Shown here one piece after another: positions 20,380 through 30,231 of a stretch of 64,000 nt of DNA. Location of the stretch: assembly GCA_963728915.1 (NCBI GenBank), contig CAVSLV010000001.1:768001-832000 (forward strand), written 5' to 3'. Both the position numbers and the translations under genes were made by a program. The notes under the pieces are model-generated. The model did not search any database. It saw nothing but the letters and a program-made list of their open reading frames with translations, and was not told the DNA's origin. Source of the stretch: an uncultured Gemmatimonadales bacterium. GTDB taxonomy: Bacteria > Gemmatimonadota > Gemmatimonadetes > Gemmatimonadales > GWC2-71-9. Numbering within the stretch: position 1 is the first letter of the stretch; every line of letters starts with the position of its first letter.

Positions 20380-21268
20380 GTGTCCGGGCCGCTCCGGAAC
20401 GGCGCCCTGCTGGTCGACAAACCGGCCGGTCTGAGCTCACACGACGTGGTGGCTCGCGTGCGTAAGCGGTTCGGAACCCGCGCGGTGGGCCACACCGGCA
20501 CCCTGGATCCGTTCGCTACCGGTCTGCTGGTGCTGGTCATGGGTCCTGCGACGCGCCTGGCGCGCTGGGCGGCTCGCCACCGGAAAACCTATTGGGGAGT
20601 GGCGAAGCTGGGCCAGACGACCACCACCGATGATCGGACCGGGGAAGTGGTGCAGGACCGGACCATCGCGGCCTGGCCCGACGCGGCATCGGTGCAAGAA
20701 GCGCTGGTTCCGTTTGTGGGCTCGTACCAGCAGCGCCCGCCAGTGTACTCCGCCAAGCAGGTCGGCGGAGTCAGGAGTTATCGCGCGGCTCGCACCCGAG
20801 GCGCCGCGCCGGAGCTCAGGGCGGTGACCGTGAAGGTCTACCGGCTCGAGCTGCTCGATTGGATCCCGCCCCTCCTGACGTTTCGCGCCGAGGTGGGGGC
20901 AGGGACCTACCTGCGCGCCCTGGCGCGAGATCTCGGCGACTCGCTGGACCTGGGGGCGCACCTGGTCGATCTCCGCCGCGAACGGGTCGGTCCATGGAGC
21001 GTCTCCGAGGCCCACCGGCTGGAGGACCTCACCGGGCGACCAGCCGCTGCTTCCTCCCGAAACGCTGGTGGGCGATCTGACCCGGGTCGATCTCACCGAG
21101 GAGGAAGCTCGCGCGATAGGCCACGGCAGGGATATCGAGCGGAAGGACGCTGCTGGAGCTGAGGCCGGACTCTACGACGCCGGCCGGTTGATCGCCATCG
21201 CCGAACGGAGCGGCGACCGATGGCACCCGGCGGTGGTCATGCCCGATGCGCAGGAGGCGGCTCGGTGA
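20380..21268 (+). CDS. truB: tRNA pseudouridine(55) synthase with apparent +1 frameshift near 21035
   Basis: DKPAGLSSHDVV, GHTGTLDPFATG, GTYLRALARD. The C-terminal segment is in another frame; removing one G at 21034-21036 gives a 295-aa protein. Confidence 0.9.
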
Positions 21269-22194
21269 GACCGGAATCGAGCGTCGTCGCCGTCGGCGCG
21301 TTCGACGGGATGCATCGGGGGCACCAGACCTTGCTGGCGCGCCTGCTCGAGAGGGCCCGCGCCGAGCAGGCCGACGCGGTGGTGGTTTCATTCGAGCCCC
21401 ACCCCGGAGCGATTCTGGGCGAAGCTCCCCGCCGGCTCACCACTCACCCGGAGCGGAGCGAGGTCCTGGCAGAGCTCGGCATCGATCGGCTCCATGTGTT
21501 ACGCTTTGACGCCCGGATGGCCGCACTGTCCGCCGAGCAATTCGTCAGGGAAGTCCTGCTGGAGCGGTGCGGGATGCGGGAGCTGGTCATCGGCCTCAAC
21601 GGAGGGTTCGGCAAGGCCCGGGAGGCCAACAGCACGACGTTGCCCGCCCTGGGAGTGCGAATGGGGTTCCCGGTGCACGTCGTCGAGCCGGTGATGGCGC
21701 CGGACGGACGCTGGATTTCGAGCTCCGGGGTTCGGACCATGCTGGAGGCGGGCGATCTGGGCGGGGTGGCCGGCTGGCTGGGACGTCCGTATCGATTCAC
21801 CGCTCAGGTGGTTCCGGGCGCGGGACGGGGCCAGACGATCGGTTTTCGCACCATCAACCTGGCTGGGCCGCCCAGGGAGAAAGCTCTCCCTCCCGATGGC
21901 GTGTACGCAGCCCGGGTGGAATGGGGTGGAGGAACGGCGGGCGCCATGCTGAACCAGGGGACCCGACCGACGGTCGGTGATTTGAAGCGGTCGATCGAAG
22001 CCCATCTGTTCGATTTCGAGGGTGACCTCTACGGACGGGTGGTGCGGATCGAATGGGTGGAGCGGCTGCGAGAAACCAGGCGTTTCGAATCCCTCGACGC
22101 CTTGCGGCATCAGCTCGAACTGGACCGGGAACGAGCCTACGCCATCGTAGGACAGCGCCCGGAGACTTCAACGGCCCCGGTAGGGGCGCGATGA
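21265..22194 (+). CDS. ribF: Bifunctional riboflavin kinase/FAD synthetase
   Basis: GAFDGMHRGH, ISSS, GRGQTIGFRTIN, IEAHLFDFEGDLYG. Confidence 0.95.
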   Translation: MRPESSVVAVGAFDGMHRGHQTLLARLLERARAEQADAVVVSFEPHPGAILGEAPRRLTTHPERSEVLAELGIDRLHVLRFDARMAALSAEQFVREVLLERCGMRELVIGLNGGFGKAREANSTTLPALGVRMGFPVHVVEPVMAPDGRWISSSGVRTMLEAGDLGGVAGWLGRPYRFTAQVVPGAGRGQTIGFRTINLAGPPREKALPPDGVYAARVEWGGGTAGAMLNQGTRPTVGDLKRSIEAHLFDFEGDLYGRVVRIEWVERLRETRRFESLDALRHQLELDRERAYAIVGQRPETSTAPVGAR

Positions 22195-22200
22195 GCGATC

Positions 22201-24801
22201 ATGTTTGGATCCATTCGTAATCGACTGATTCTCACCGGCATCCTGGTCGCCGTGGCGATCATCAATCTCGTTCCCCGGGAAATCACCACCCGGGAACGCG
22301 GCCCTAACGGCGTGATGCACGACGTGAAAGTCAAACGGGTCCCGATCAAGTACGGACTCGATCTCCAGGGCGGCATGCACCTCGCGCTGGAGCTCGATCA
22401 GTCCAAGAAGGTGTCGGCCGATCCTTCCAAGGACATCGAGCGGGCCATTCAGGTGCTCCGGAAGCGGACCGACGAGTTCGGGGTCACCGAGCCGCTCATC
22501 CAGCAGGTCGGTGGCGATCGGATCGTGGTCGAGCTCGCCGGTGTGACAGATCCGGCTCGAGCCAAGGGCATCATTCAGAAGGCGGCCTTTCTCGAGTTCC
22601 GTCTGACTGACAAGACCAGCGCCCTGGACCGCAGCCTGCCCGCGATGGACCGGGCCCTCCGGAATCTCGGAGTCAAGACGCCAGGGGCGCCCCAGAAACC
22701 CTCGGCGGTGCAGCAGCTCCTCGGCGGCGATACCACCAAGGCTGAGGCCGACACCACCAGCACCGGCGGGGTGCTCAGCTCGCTCATTCAGTCTTCGGCA
22801 GCCTTAGGCCTTGGGAACACTCCGGGAGAGTTCGCCGTCCCCGAAACCGCCTTTCCCCGAGTGGACAGCCTCCTGAACCTGCCGGAGGTCAAGGGGCTCT
22901 GGCCCCGGAATGCCGAGCTGCTTTGGGGAGCGGACCCCACCTCGATCGGGGCGAACCAGTATCGCATGCTGTACGCGCTCGAGGCGAAGGACATCATTAC
23001 CGGGGAAAACCTGTACGATGCCTCGGCCGCGATCGATCCCTTGACCAACGGGCCGATCGTCCGGTTCGAGCTGGACCGGGCGGGAGGCCGGAAGTTCGGG
23101 ACCACCACGGCCCAGCACATCGGCGACTTCCTCGCCATCATCCTGGACGGACGGGTGCAGGGACGTCCCCCGGTCATCCAGAGCCGGATCGACCGAAGTG
23201 GGCAGATCACCCTGACCAATCACTCGCTGGTCGAAGCGGAAGACCTGGCCCGGACCCTCCGGGCCGGCTCGCTCCCGGTCCCGCTCAAGATCGTGGAAGA
23301 GCGCCAGGTTGGTGCGTCGCTCGGTGCGGATTCGGTCAGGAGCGGCCTCATCGCGGCGCTGGTGGGCACCCTGCTGGTCATCCTGATCATGCTGGGCTAC
23401 TACGCCCTGAGCGGCGCCCTGGCGGTGGCCGCGCTCGGGTTCTATGCACTGTTCACTCTCGGTGGCCTCGCGTTCCTGGAAGCCACGTTGACTCTGCCCG
23501 GGATCGCGGGCATGGTCCTGAGCGTCGGCATCGCGGTGGACGCCAACGTGCTGATCTTCGAGCGGATCCGGGAGGAGCTGGGGCGGGGCAAGACGGTCCG
23601 GTTATCGGTGGACGAGGGGTTCAAGCATGCGATGCCGGCGATCATCGACTCCAACATCAGCACGGTGCTGACCGCCCTGTTTCTGCGCCAGTTCGGCACC
23701 GGGCCGGTGCAGGGGTTCGCCACGACGCTGATTCTGGGCATTTTCGCCTCGTTGATCACCGCGGTCTTCATCACCCGCACCTTCTACATGATCTGGCTCC
23801 AGCGCCGCGATGAGGGCAAGGGGCTGAGCGTCGGCAGGATCCGGCTGTTCGCGGGAGCCAACTACGACTTCATCGGGCTCCGGAGGTACGCCTACGGCGT
23901 GACCGCGGCGATCCTGCTGCTCGGATTCGGATTCTTCGCGGTGCGCGGCATCAAGGAGAGCACCGAGTTCACCGGCGGCACCCTCATGCAGATCAAAACG
24001 ACACAGCCGGTGTCGGAGACCGCTCTCCGCTCGGGCCTCGAGGCCCGCGGGTTGCGGAACCCCGAAGTGCAGCGATTCGGCGCGCCCGGCGAGTACGTGG
24101 TCCGGGCCCTCGCTGCGGGAGCCGATCCCAACGACACCCAGGCCACTTCGCAGGAGGTCCGCACCGCGCTCGATCAGGTCGTCGGAACCGGCAACTACCA
24201 GGTGGTCCGCACCGAGGCGGTTGGTCCCAAGGTCGGCGGCGAGCTCCGGCAACGGGCCCTCATCGCCATCCTGCTCTCCTTCCTGGTGGTGCTGGCATAC
24301 CTCGCCTACCGGTTCGAGTGGCGGTTTGGCCTCGCGGCGATCATTGCCACCGCCCACGACATCCTGGCGACCATCGGCTTCATCGCGGTGCTCAATATCG
24401 AGGTCAGCCTGGTCGTGGTCGCGGCCGTCCTGACGATGGTAGGGTACTCGCTCAACGACACCATCATCATCTTCGACCGGGTGCGGGAGGACCTCAAGAA
24501 GTATCCCAAGGACACCTTCGTCCAGGTCCTGAATCGCGCGGTCAACGAGACCTTGCCCAGAAGCGTGCTCACCCACGGGACCACCCTGGCCACCCTGACC
24601 GCCCTGGCGGTCTTCGGGGGGGAAGTGATCCGGCCCTTCGCGCTGGTCATGTTCTTCGGGGTCTTTACCGGAACCTTCTCCTCGATCTACATCGCATCGC
24701 CGGCGCTCCTCTACATCGAGACCCGGTGGCCGGGAGCCCAGGCCCGGGGGCTTCGTCAGGGGGCCGCTCCCAGCGCGGTGCCGGCAGGACGCAAAGCCTA
24801 A
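22201..24801 (+). CDS. secDF: Fused protein translocase subunit SecDF
   Basis: GLDLQGG, TLPGIAG..AVDANVLIFERIREE, EFTGG, GYSLNDTIIIFDRVRE in one ORF. Confidence 0.95.
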   Translation: MFGSIRNRLILTGILVAVAIINLVPREITTRERGPNGVMHDVKVKRVPIKYGLDLQGGMHLALELDQSKKVSADPSKDIERAIQVLRKRTDEFGVTEPLIQQVGGDRIVVELAGVTDPARAKGIIQKAAFLEFRLTDKTSALDRSLPAMDRALRNLGVKTPGAPQKPSAVQQLLGGDTTKAEADTTSTGGVLSSLIQSSAALGLGNTPGEFAVPETAFPRVDSLLNLPEVKGLWPRNAELLWGADPTSIGANQYRMLYALEAKDIITGENLYDASAAIDPLTNGPIVRFELDRAGGRKFGTTTAQHIGDFLAIILDGRVQGRPPVIQSRIDRSGQITLTNHSLVEAEDLARTLRAGSLPVPLKIVEERQVGASLGADSVRSGLIAALVGTLLVILIMLGYYALSGALAVAALGFYALFTLGGLAFLEATLTLPGIAGMVLSVGIAVDANVLIFERIREELGRGKTVRLSVDEGFKHAMPAIIDSNISTVLTALFLRQFGTGPVQGFATTLILGIFASLITAVFITRTFYMIWLQRRDEGKGLSVGRIRLFAGANYDFIGLRRYAYGVTAAILLLGFGFFAVRGIKESTEFTGGTLMQIKTTQPVSETALRSGLEARGLRNPEVQRFGAPGEYVVRALAAGADPNDTQATSQEVRTALDQVVGTGNYQVVRTEAVGPKVGGELRQRALIAILLSFLVVLAYLAYRFEWRFGLAAIIATAHDILATIGFIAVLNIEVSLVVVAAVLTMVGYSLNDTIIIFDRVREDLKKYPKDTFVQVLNRAVNETLPRSVLTHGTTLATLTALAVFGGEVIRPFALVMFFGVFTGTFSSIYIASPALLYIETRWPGAQARGLRQGAAPSAVPAGRKA

Positions 24802-24805
24802 CCCG

Positions 24806-25576
24806 GTGCTCGTCGATTCCCACTGCCACCTCGGCGATCCGGCGTTCGAGCCGGACCTCGCCCAGGTGGTGGAACGGGCCCGGCGGGCCGGGGTGGGGCA
24901 CATCATCGTCATCGGCGAATCGCCCGAAGCCTCGGCCCGGGCGGTGAGTCTGGTCGCCCAGCATGGCGGGCTGTCCGCCACGGCGGGGGTGCACCCCCAC
25001 CTGGCCGATCGGTGGCAGGACGATTCGACCGCCTGGCTGAGGGAGCAGCTCGCCCGCCCCGAAGTCGTCGCGGCCGGAGAGATGGGCCTCGACTATCACT
25101 ACGATCATGCGCCCCGGGACCTTCAGCGTCGGGCTTTCGAAGCCCAGCTCGACCTCGCGGGCAACGCCGGAAAACCCGCGGTGATTCATGCCCGTGAAGC
25201 GGACGCCGACGTCGGGGCGATCCTCCGGAATCATCCCCGAACGATGGCGATCCTGCACTCCTGGAGCAGCGGCGCGAGCCTGTTGGAGACCGGCCTCGCC
25301 CTGGGGCACTATTTCTCCTTCAGCGGCATGGTGACGTTCCGGACCTGGGCCGGGCAGGACGCCCTCCGTCGCATCCCCCCCGATCGCCTTCTCGTGGAAA
25401 CCGACGCGCCCTATCTTGCTCCGGTTCCGTATCGCGGGAAACGGAACGAACCGGCCCACGTCCGGGTAGTCGCATCCCGGGTGGCCGCCCTGCTGGACAT
25501 GCCGGAAGAAGAGGTGGAGCGAGTCACCACCGACAATGCGGTGCGGGTCTTCGGGGACCGGCTCCGCAATCGCTGA
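24806..25576 (+). CDS. tatD: TatD family hydrolase
   Basis: DSHCHL, GVHPH, GEMGLDY, IHAREA, ETDAPYLAP. Confidence 0.92.
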   Translation: MLVDSHCHLGDPAFEPDLAQVVERARRAGVGHIIVIGESPEASARAVSLVAQHGGLSATAGVHPHLADRWQDDSTAWLREQLARPEVVAAGEMGLDYHYDHAPRDLQRRAFEAQLDLAGNAGKPAVIHAREADADVGAILRNHPRTMAILHSWSSGASLLETGLALGHYFSFSGMVTFRTWAGQDALRRIPPDRLLVETDAPYLAPVPYRGKRNEPAHVRVVASRVAALLDMPEEEVERVTTDNAVRVFGDRLRNR

Positions 25577-25595
25577 CTCGTCGGGAGAATCGACC

Positions 25596-27269
25596 ATGAG
25601 CGGGGTCCCATCCGACATCGAGATTGCCCAGGCGGCCCGGCTTCGTCCCATCCAGGACGTCGCCGCGGAGCTGGGCCTATCCCCCGATGAGATTCTTCCC
25701 TACGGCCACACCAAGGCGAAGATCACCATGGCGGCGATCCGGGCTCGCCAGCCGAAAGGACGCCTCGTCCTGGTCACCGGCATCAACCCCACTCCGGCGG
25801 GAGAAGGCAAGTCCACCGTCACGGTGGGATTGACCCAGGCGCTCCGCCGACTCGGGAAGAACGCGATCCTCTGCATCCGGGAGCCCTCGCTCGGGCCGGT
25901 CTTCGGAGTCAAAGGCGGAGCGGCCGGCGGCGGGTACTCCCAGGTGATCCCGATGGACGAAATCAACCTGCACTTCACCGGGGATTTTCACGCCATTACC
26001 TCGGCGCACAACCTGCTCTCCGCGATGCTCGACAACCATCTGCACCAGGGAAACGCCCTGGAGCTCGATACCCGCCGGATCACCTGGCCCCGCACCATCG
26101 ACATGAACGACCGGGCCCTCCGTCAGATCGTCGTCGGGCTGGGCGGATTGAACGGCGGACCGAGCCGGGAAGATCGTTTCGTGATCGTGCCGGGCAGCGA
26201 AATCATGGCGATCCTCTGTCTCGCCTCGAGCCTGGAGGATCTGGAAGCCCGACTCGGCCGAATCATCGTGGGACTGACGCGCGACAAGAAACCGGTGACC
26301 GCGGCCGACCTCAAGGCTTCGGGCGCCATGACGCTACTGCTTCGGGACGCCATCCTCCCCAATCTGGTCCAGACGCTGGAGGGGGGACCTGCTCTGGTGC
26401 ACGGCGGGCCCTTCGGTAACATCGCGCACGGCTGTAATTCGATCATGGCCACCCGGCTGGGCCTGTCGCTGGCCGATCTGGTCCTCACCGAGGCCGGGTT
26501 CGGGGCCGATCTCGGGGCTGAGAAGTTCCTCGACATCAAGTGCCGGCTGGGCGGCCTGGTCCCCGAGGCCGCCGTCATCGTGGCAACGGTCCGCGCGCTC
26601 AAGATGCACGGCGGGGTCAAGAAAGACGCGCTCGGCGTCCCCAACGTGCCGGCGCTCGAGCTCGGCATGGCGAATCTCGAAGCCCACGTGCAGAACCTGA
26701 AGAAGTTCGGCCTCCCGGTGATCGTGGCGCTCAACCGGTTCGTCTCCGACACCAGAGAGGAGCTCGACACCGTGCTGGCCGCCGCCGCCCGATGGGACGT
26801 CCGGGCTGCCCTGTCCGACGTCTGGGCCAAGGGCGGAGAAGGCGGCGAAGCGGTGGCGAAGGAGCTGCTCGAGGTCCTGGACCGGAAAGAAGCCCGGTTT
26901 CAACCGCTCTATGATGCGAGCCAGCCCATCAAGCACAAGATCGAGGCGATCGCGACCCGGATCTACGGGGCGGCCGGCGTGGATTATCTCGCGGCCGCCG
27001 ATCGGTCCATCAAACAGTGCGAAGCGATGGGCCTGGGCGGGACCCCGGTGTGCGTCGCCAAGACCCAGTACTCCTTCAGCGACGATCCGGCCAAGCTGGG
27101 ACGACCGAGCGGATTCCGGATCACCATCCGGGATGTCTACCCCTCGGCCGGCGCCGGCTTCGTCGTGGCGCTCGCCGGAGAGATCATGACCATGCCCGGG
27201 TTGTCGAAGGCACCGGCCGCGGAGGCCATCCGGGTTCACCCCGATGGACGAATCGAGGGACTGTTCTGA
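25596..27269 (+). CDS. fhs: Formate--tetrahydrofolate ligase
   Basis: TPAGEGKST, GVKGGAAGGGYSQV, HGGPFGNIAHG, EAGFGADLGAEKF, IMTMPGL. Confidence 0.97.
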   Translation: MSGVPSDIEIAQAARLRPIQDVAAELGLSPDEILPYGHTKAKITMAAIRARQPKGRLVLVTGINPTPAGEGKSTVTVGLTQALRRLGKNAILCIREPSLGPVFGVKGGAAGGGYSQVIPMDEINLHFTGDFHAITSAHNLLSAMLDNHLHQGNALELDTRRITWPRTIDMNDRALRQIVVGLGGLNGGPSREDRFVIVPGSEIMAILCLASSLEDLEARLGRIIVGLTRDKKPVTAADLKASGAMTLLLRDAILPNLVQTLEGGPALVHGGPFGNIAHGCNSIMATRLGLSLADLVLTEAGFGADLGAEKFLDIKCRLGGLVPEAAVIVATVRALKMHGGVKKDALGVPNVPALELGMANLEAHVQNLKKFGLPVIVALNRFVSDTREELDTVLAAAARWDVRAALSDVWAKGGEGGEAVAKELLEVLDRKEARFQPLYDASQPIKHKIEAIATRIYGAAGVDYLAAADRSIKQCEAMGLGGTPVCVAKTQYSFSDDPAKLGRPSGFRITIRDVYPSAGAGFVVALAGEIMTMPGLSKAPAAEAIRVHPDGRIEGLF

Positions 27270-27658
27270 TGGAAATCGGATTCGTGTCCAGCGACAACGC
27301 CCCGAAGGCGATCGGTCCCTACAGCCAGGCGGTCAGCTACGGCGATCTGATCTTCACCGCAGGCCAGATCGCTCTCGACCCCGCGCATATGGAAATCGCC
27401 GCGGGTGGGATCACCGAGCAGACCGAGCGGGTGCTCGACAATCTCGAGGCGGTGCTCAGCGCGGCCGGGTCCCGGTTTTCCCGGGTCCTCAAGACGACGG
27501 TGTTTCTCCGCGACATGGCCGACTTCGCGGCGATGAACGAAGTCTACGCCCGTCGGTTCGGGAATCACCGGCCCGCCCGGAGCACGGTGGCGGCGGCTGG
27601 CCTTCCCAGGAACGTGCTGGTCGAGATCGAGGTCGTGGCCGTCAAAGGTGGCCGCTGA
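27269..27658 (+). CDS. ridA: RidA family enamine/imine deaminase
   Basis: APKAIGPYSQA, AGQI, MNEVY, PARS, VEIE. Confidence 0.92.
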   Translation: MEIGFVSSDNAPKAIGPYSQAVSYGDLIFTAGQIALDPAHMEIAAGGITEQTERVLDNLEAVLSAAGSRFSRVLKTTVFLRDMADFAAMNEVYARRFGNHRPARSTVAAAGLPRNVLVEIEVVAVKGGR

Positions 27659-28262
27659 TCCCTTGCCCTCGCACCTCGCACCTCGCACCTCACACCTCCC
27701 CGGGGGGGCGGATCGGGCCTGGTGGTCCGGCCGGTCTTCAAAACCGCGACGGAGACGCCTTCGGCAGCTCCGGTGGGTTCGATTCCCACACGCTCCCGCC
27801 ATTCTGGCCTTCACCCTCGTGGGCAGCGCCGCGGCGCAGGACACCACCCAGCTGGGCCGGCCGCCCCGAATCGCGCCCGCGCCGATCGATACGACCCGAG
27901 GCATCCGCCCGCTCCCGGCCTTCTTTGCTTCGGCGCTGGTCCCCGGACTGGGCCAGGCCCTGGTGGACCGCAAGCTCACCGGGGGATTGTTCATGGCCTG
28001 GGAAGGGGTCACCCTGGGCATGACCCTGAAGGCGTCCAGTGAGCTCCACTTCCTGGAACGAACCGGGGCGGACTCGGGGAGACTCGAGCAGAAGCGGCAG
28101 GAGCGGCAGGACTGGCTGGTGCTCCTGATCTTCAATCACCTGTTCGCGGGACTCGAGGCCTTCGTGAGCAGCCATCTCCAGGATTTCCCGTCCGACGTCA
28201 AGCTGCGGGCCACGCCTCGCGGGTTAGGAGTGCAGGCCGCGGTCCCGGTTCGCTTTCCGTGA
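27648..28262 (+). CDS. Hypothetical exported/membrane protein (DUF5683-like); start uncertain, frame runs through selC
   Basis: ILAFTLVGSAAAQ signal-like segment, SALVPGLGQ motif, NHLFAGLEAFVSSHL; stop overlaps murI. Confidence 0.6.
   Translation: MAADPLPSHLAPRTSHLPGGADRAWWSGRSSKPRRRRLRQLRWVRFPHAPAILAFTLVGSAAAQDTTQLGRPPRIAPAPIDTTRGIRPLPAFFASALVPGLGQALVDRKLTGGLFMAWEGVTLGMTLKASSELHFLERTGADSGRLEQKRQERQDWLVLLIFNHLFAGLEAFVSSHLQDFPSDVKLRATPRGLGVQAAVPVRFP
27667..27698 (+). repeat. Heptamer tandem repeat (CCTCGCA)x3-CCTCACA-CCTC
   Basis: Read directly; lies between ridA and selC. Confidence 0.9.
27704..27801 (+). tRNA. selC: tRNA-Sec (anticodon TCA)
   Basis: Anticodon loop CTTCAAA, 6-bp D stem with 4-nt loop, long variable arm, GTGGG-TTCGATT-CCCAC T arm, G73 and encoded CCA. 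Confidence 0.9.
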
Positions 28263-29065
28263 GCCCGGCGCCGATCGGGGTGTTCGATTCCGGGCTGGGC
28301 GGGCTCACCGTGCTCCATGCCATTACCCGGCGGCTGCCCCACGAAACCACCCTGTACTTCGGGGATACCGCCCGGGTGCCCTACGGCCCCAAATCCCCCG
28401 AGGTGGTCCGGCGCTACAGTCTCGAGATCATGCAATGGCTGCTGGGGCAGGGGGTCAAAGCCATCGTGATCGGGTGCAACACCAGCACCGCCCACGCCCT
28501 GGACCTGCTCACCCAATCGGCCCCGGTGCCGGTGTTCGGCGTGATCGAGCCGGGGGCCCGGGCGGCCAGCAAGGTCGCACCCTTCCATCCCATCGGCGTC
28601 ATCGGCACCTCCGGAACCATCCGGAGCGGAGCGTATCAGCGCGCCATTCAGGCCCTCGCCCCGGAAGCCGAGGTGGTCGCCAAGGCGTGTCCGCTGCTCG
28701 TCCCCATGGTCGAGGAAGGATGGTTCAATCATCCGGCGACCCGGCTCGTGGCGGAAGAGTATCTGACCCCGGTCCGCGCCAGGAACATTCGCAGCCTGGT
28801 GCTGGGATGCACCCACTACCCCCTGATCAAACCGCTGATTCAGGAGGTGATCGGAGAGCGGGTCCAGCTGATCGATAGCGCGGAAGAAACCGCCAACGCG
28901 GTGGCCGATGGCCTCGAAGCGCAGGGCCTGGCGGAACCCGGAGGCGAACCACCGGCCCCCCGCTTCGTGGTGACCGATGACCCCGAGCGCTTCCGACGGG
29001 TCGGGACCGGCTTTCTGGGAGACCGGATCGAACGGGTCGAAGTGGTCAGCCTCGGAACTGGTTGA
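28259..29065 (+). CDS. murI: Glutamate racemase
   Basis: FDSGLGGLTV, PYG, GCNTS, LGCTHYP. Confidence 0.96.
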   Translation: MSPAPIGVFDSGLGGLTVLHAITRRLPHETTLYFGDTARVPYGPKSPEVVRRYSLEIMQWLLGQGVKAIVIGCNTSTAHALDLLTQSAPVPVFGVIEPGARAASKVAPFHPIGVIGTSGTIRSGAYQRAIQALAPEAEVVAKACPLLVPMVEEGWFNHPATRLVAEEYLTPVRARNIRSLVLGCTHYPLIKPLIQEVIGERVQLIDSAEETANAVADGLEAQGLAEPGGEPPAPRFVVTDDPERFRRVGTGFLGDRIERVEVVSLGTG

Positions 29066-29777
29066 GCTCGAGCGCGTGTTCGGTCGCGATTGCGTAGCGG
29101 TAGCCGTCGAACCACGCACCCGGATTGAGATAGCGGTGGCCGGGGGAGACCTCGATCGCCACGGGGCGGTGACTGTGTCCCAGGATGAGGAGGCCAACAT
29201 CGGGTTCTCGACCGAGCAGCTCCTCCGCCCATTGCTTCTGTCTGGCGGCGGTTCGCTCTTCCTCCGCCAGGTCGTGGGGCGATCGGGCTGGCCGGGCCAG
29301 CGGCAGAGTCACCAGGAAACCGAGATCCGCGGGGAGTGCGCGATAAACCAGCGAGGCGAGGGGAGAGCCGATGACCGCCGCCTTGAGGCGGGTGCGGAGC
29401 GCGCCCCCCGGCACCCGGTCACCGTGCCGGGCCCGGACCGGAGACTCCCCCAGCAGAAATCGCAGCTCGCCGGGCGAGTATTGAATTCCCAGCTCCTCCC
29501 AGAACGGCGACCCCCAGCGGTCGTGATTGCCGCCGGTCATCATGACGGGCAGGCGACGGGCCAGTTCGGCAAGCCGGGTAACGATCCGGAATCCCGCCCT
29601 CGGCAGCGCCCGCCGGTAGGCGAACCAGAAGCCGAAAAGATCACCGTTGATCAGCAGTCCATCCCCCAATCCGGGAACCCGGTCGAGGAATCCGAGCAAC
29701 GCGTCTTCGTCCGCAACCGGCACCGCTCCGAGATGCGCGTCGCTCAGCACCACGAGGCGGTGAATGGGTCGCGGCAT
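29046..29777 (-). CDS. LpxH-like UDP-2,3-diacylglucosamine hydrolase / metallophosphoesterase
   Basis: SDAHLG, NGDLF, GNHD, HGD, GHSH and NPGAW motifs. Confidence 0.8.
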   Translation of the reverse strand: MPRPIHRLVVLSDAHLGAVPVADEDALLGFLDRVPGLGDGLLINGDLFGFWFAYRRALPRAGFRIVTRLAELARRLPVMMTGGNHDRWGSPFWEELGIQYSPGELRFLLGESPVRARHGDRVPGGALRTRLKAAVIGSPLASLVYRALPADLGFLVTLPLARPARSPHDLAEEERTAARQKQWAEELLGREPDVGLLILGHSHRPVAIEVSPGHRYLNPGAWFDGYRYAIATEHALELNQFRG

Positions 29778-29812
29778 GGCCCCGAAGATAGGAGTGGCAT
29801 GCAGCCGGCACC

Positions 29813-30229
29813 ATGACGGAGCTCACCGTGCGGGTCAACTACAGCGAAACCGACCAGATGGGCGTGGTCTACCATGCCCGGTATCTGGTGTGGCTCGATG
29901 TGGCACGCTGTGAGCACATTCGTGCCGCGGGGCAGAGCTACGCCGGGCTCGAGGAGCAAGGGTACCGTCTCGCGGTCGGGGATCTCCGGATCCGCTATCG
30001 CCAGCCGGCCCGCTACGATGATCTGGTGCGGGTGCGTTGCTGGGTTCGCGATGCTCGATCCCGGCGGATCACGTTCGGCTACGCCCTCGATCTTCCCGGA
30101 ACGGAAACGCTGATCGCGACCGCGGAAACCGCCATGTTCGTCCTGGACCGGGATCTCGCACCGACCCGGCTGTCCTCCGAGGTCCTGGGCCTGCTCGCGC
30201 CGGAACCCGATCCCGTGAGGCTCTTCTGA
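29813..30229 (+). CDS. YbgC-family acyl-CoA thioesterase
   Basis: VNYSETDQMGVVYHARYL, YRQPARYDD. Confidence 0.88.
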   Translation: MTELTVRVNYSETDQMGVVYHARYLVWLDVARCEHIRAAGQSYAGLEEQGYRLAVGDLRIRYRQPARYDDLVRVRCWVRDARSRRITFGYALDLPGTETLIATAETAMFVLDRDLAPTRLSSEVLGLLAPEPDPVRLF

Positions 30230-30231
30230 CG

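Noticed and set aside
21031..21045. Programmed ribosomal frameshift in truB
   Set aside because: No slippery heptamer or stimulatory element; a homopolymer indel is simpler.
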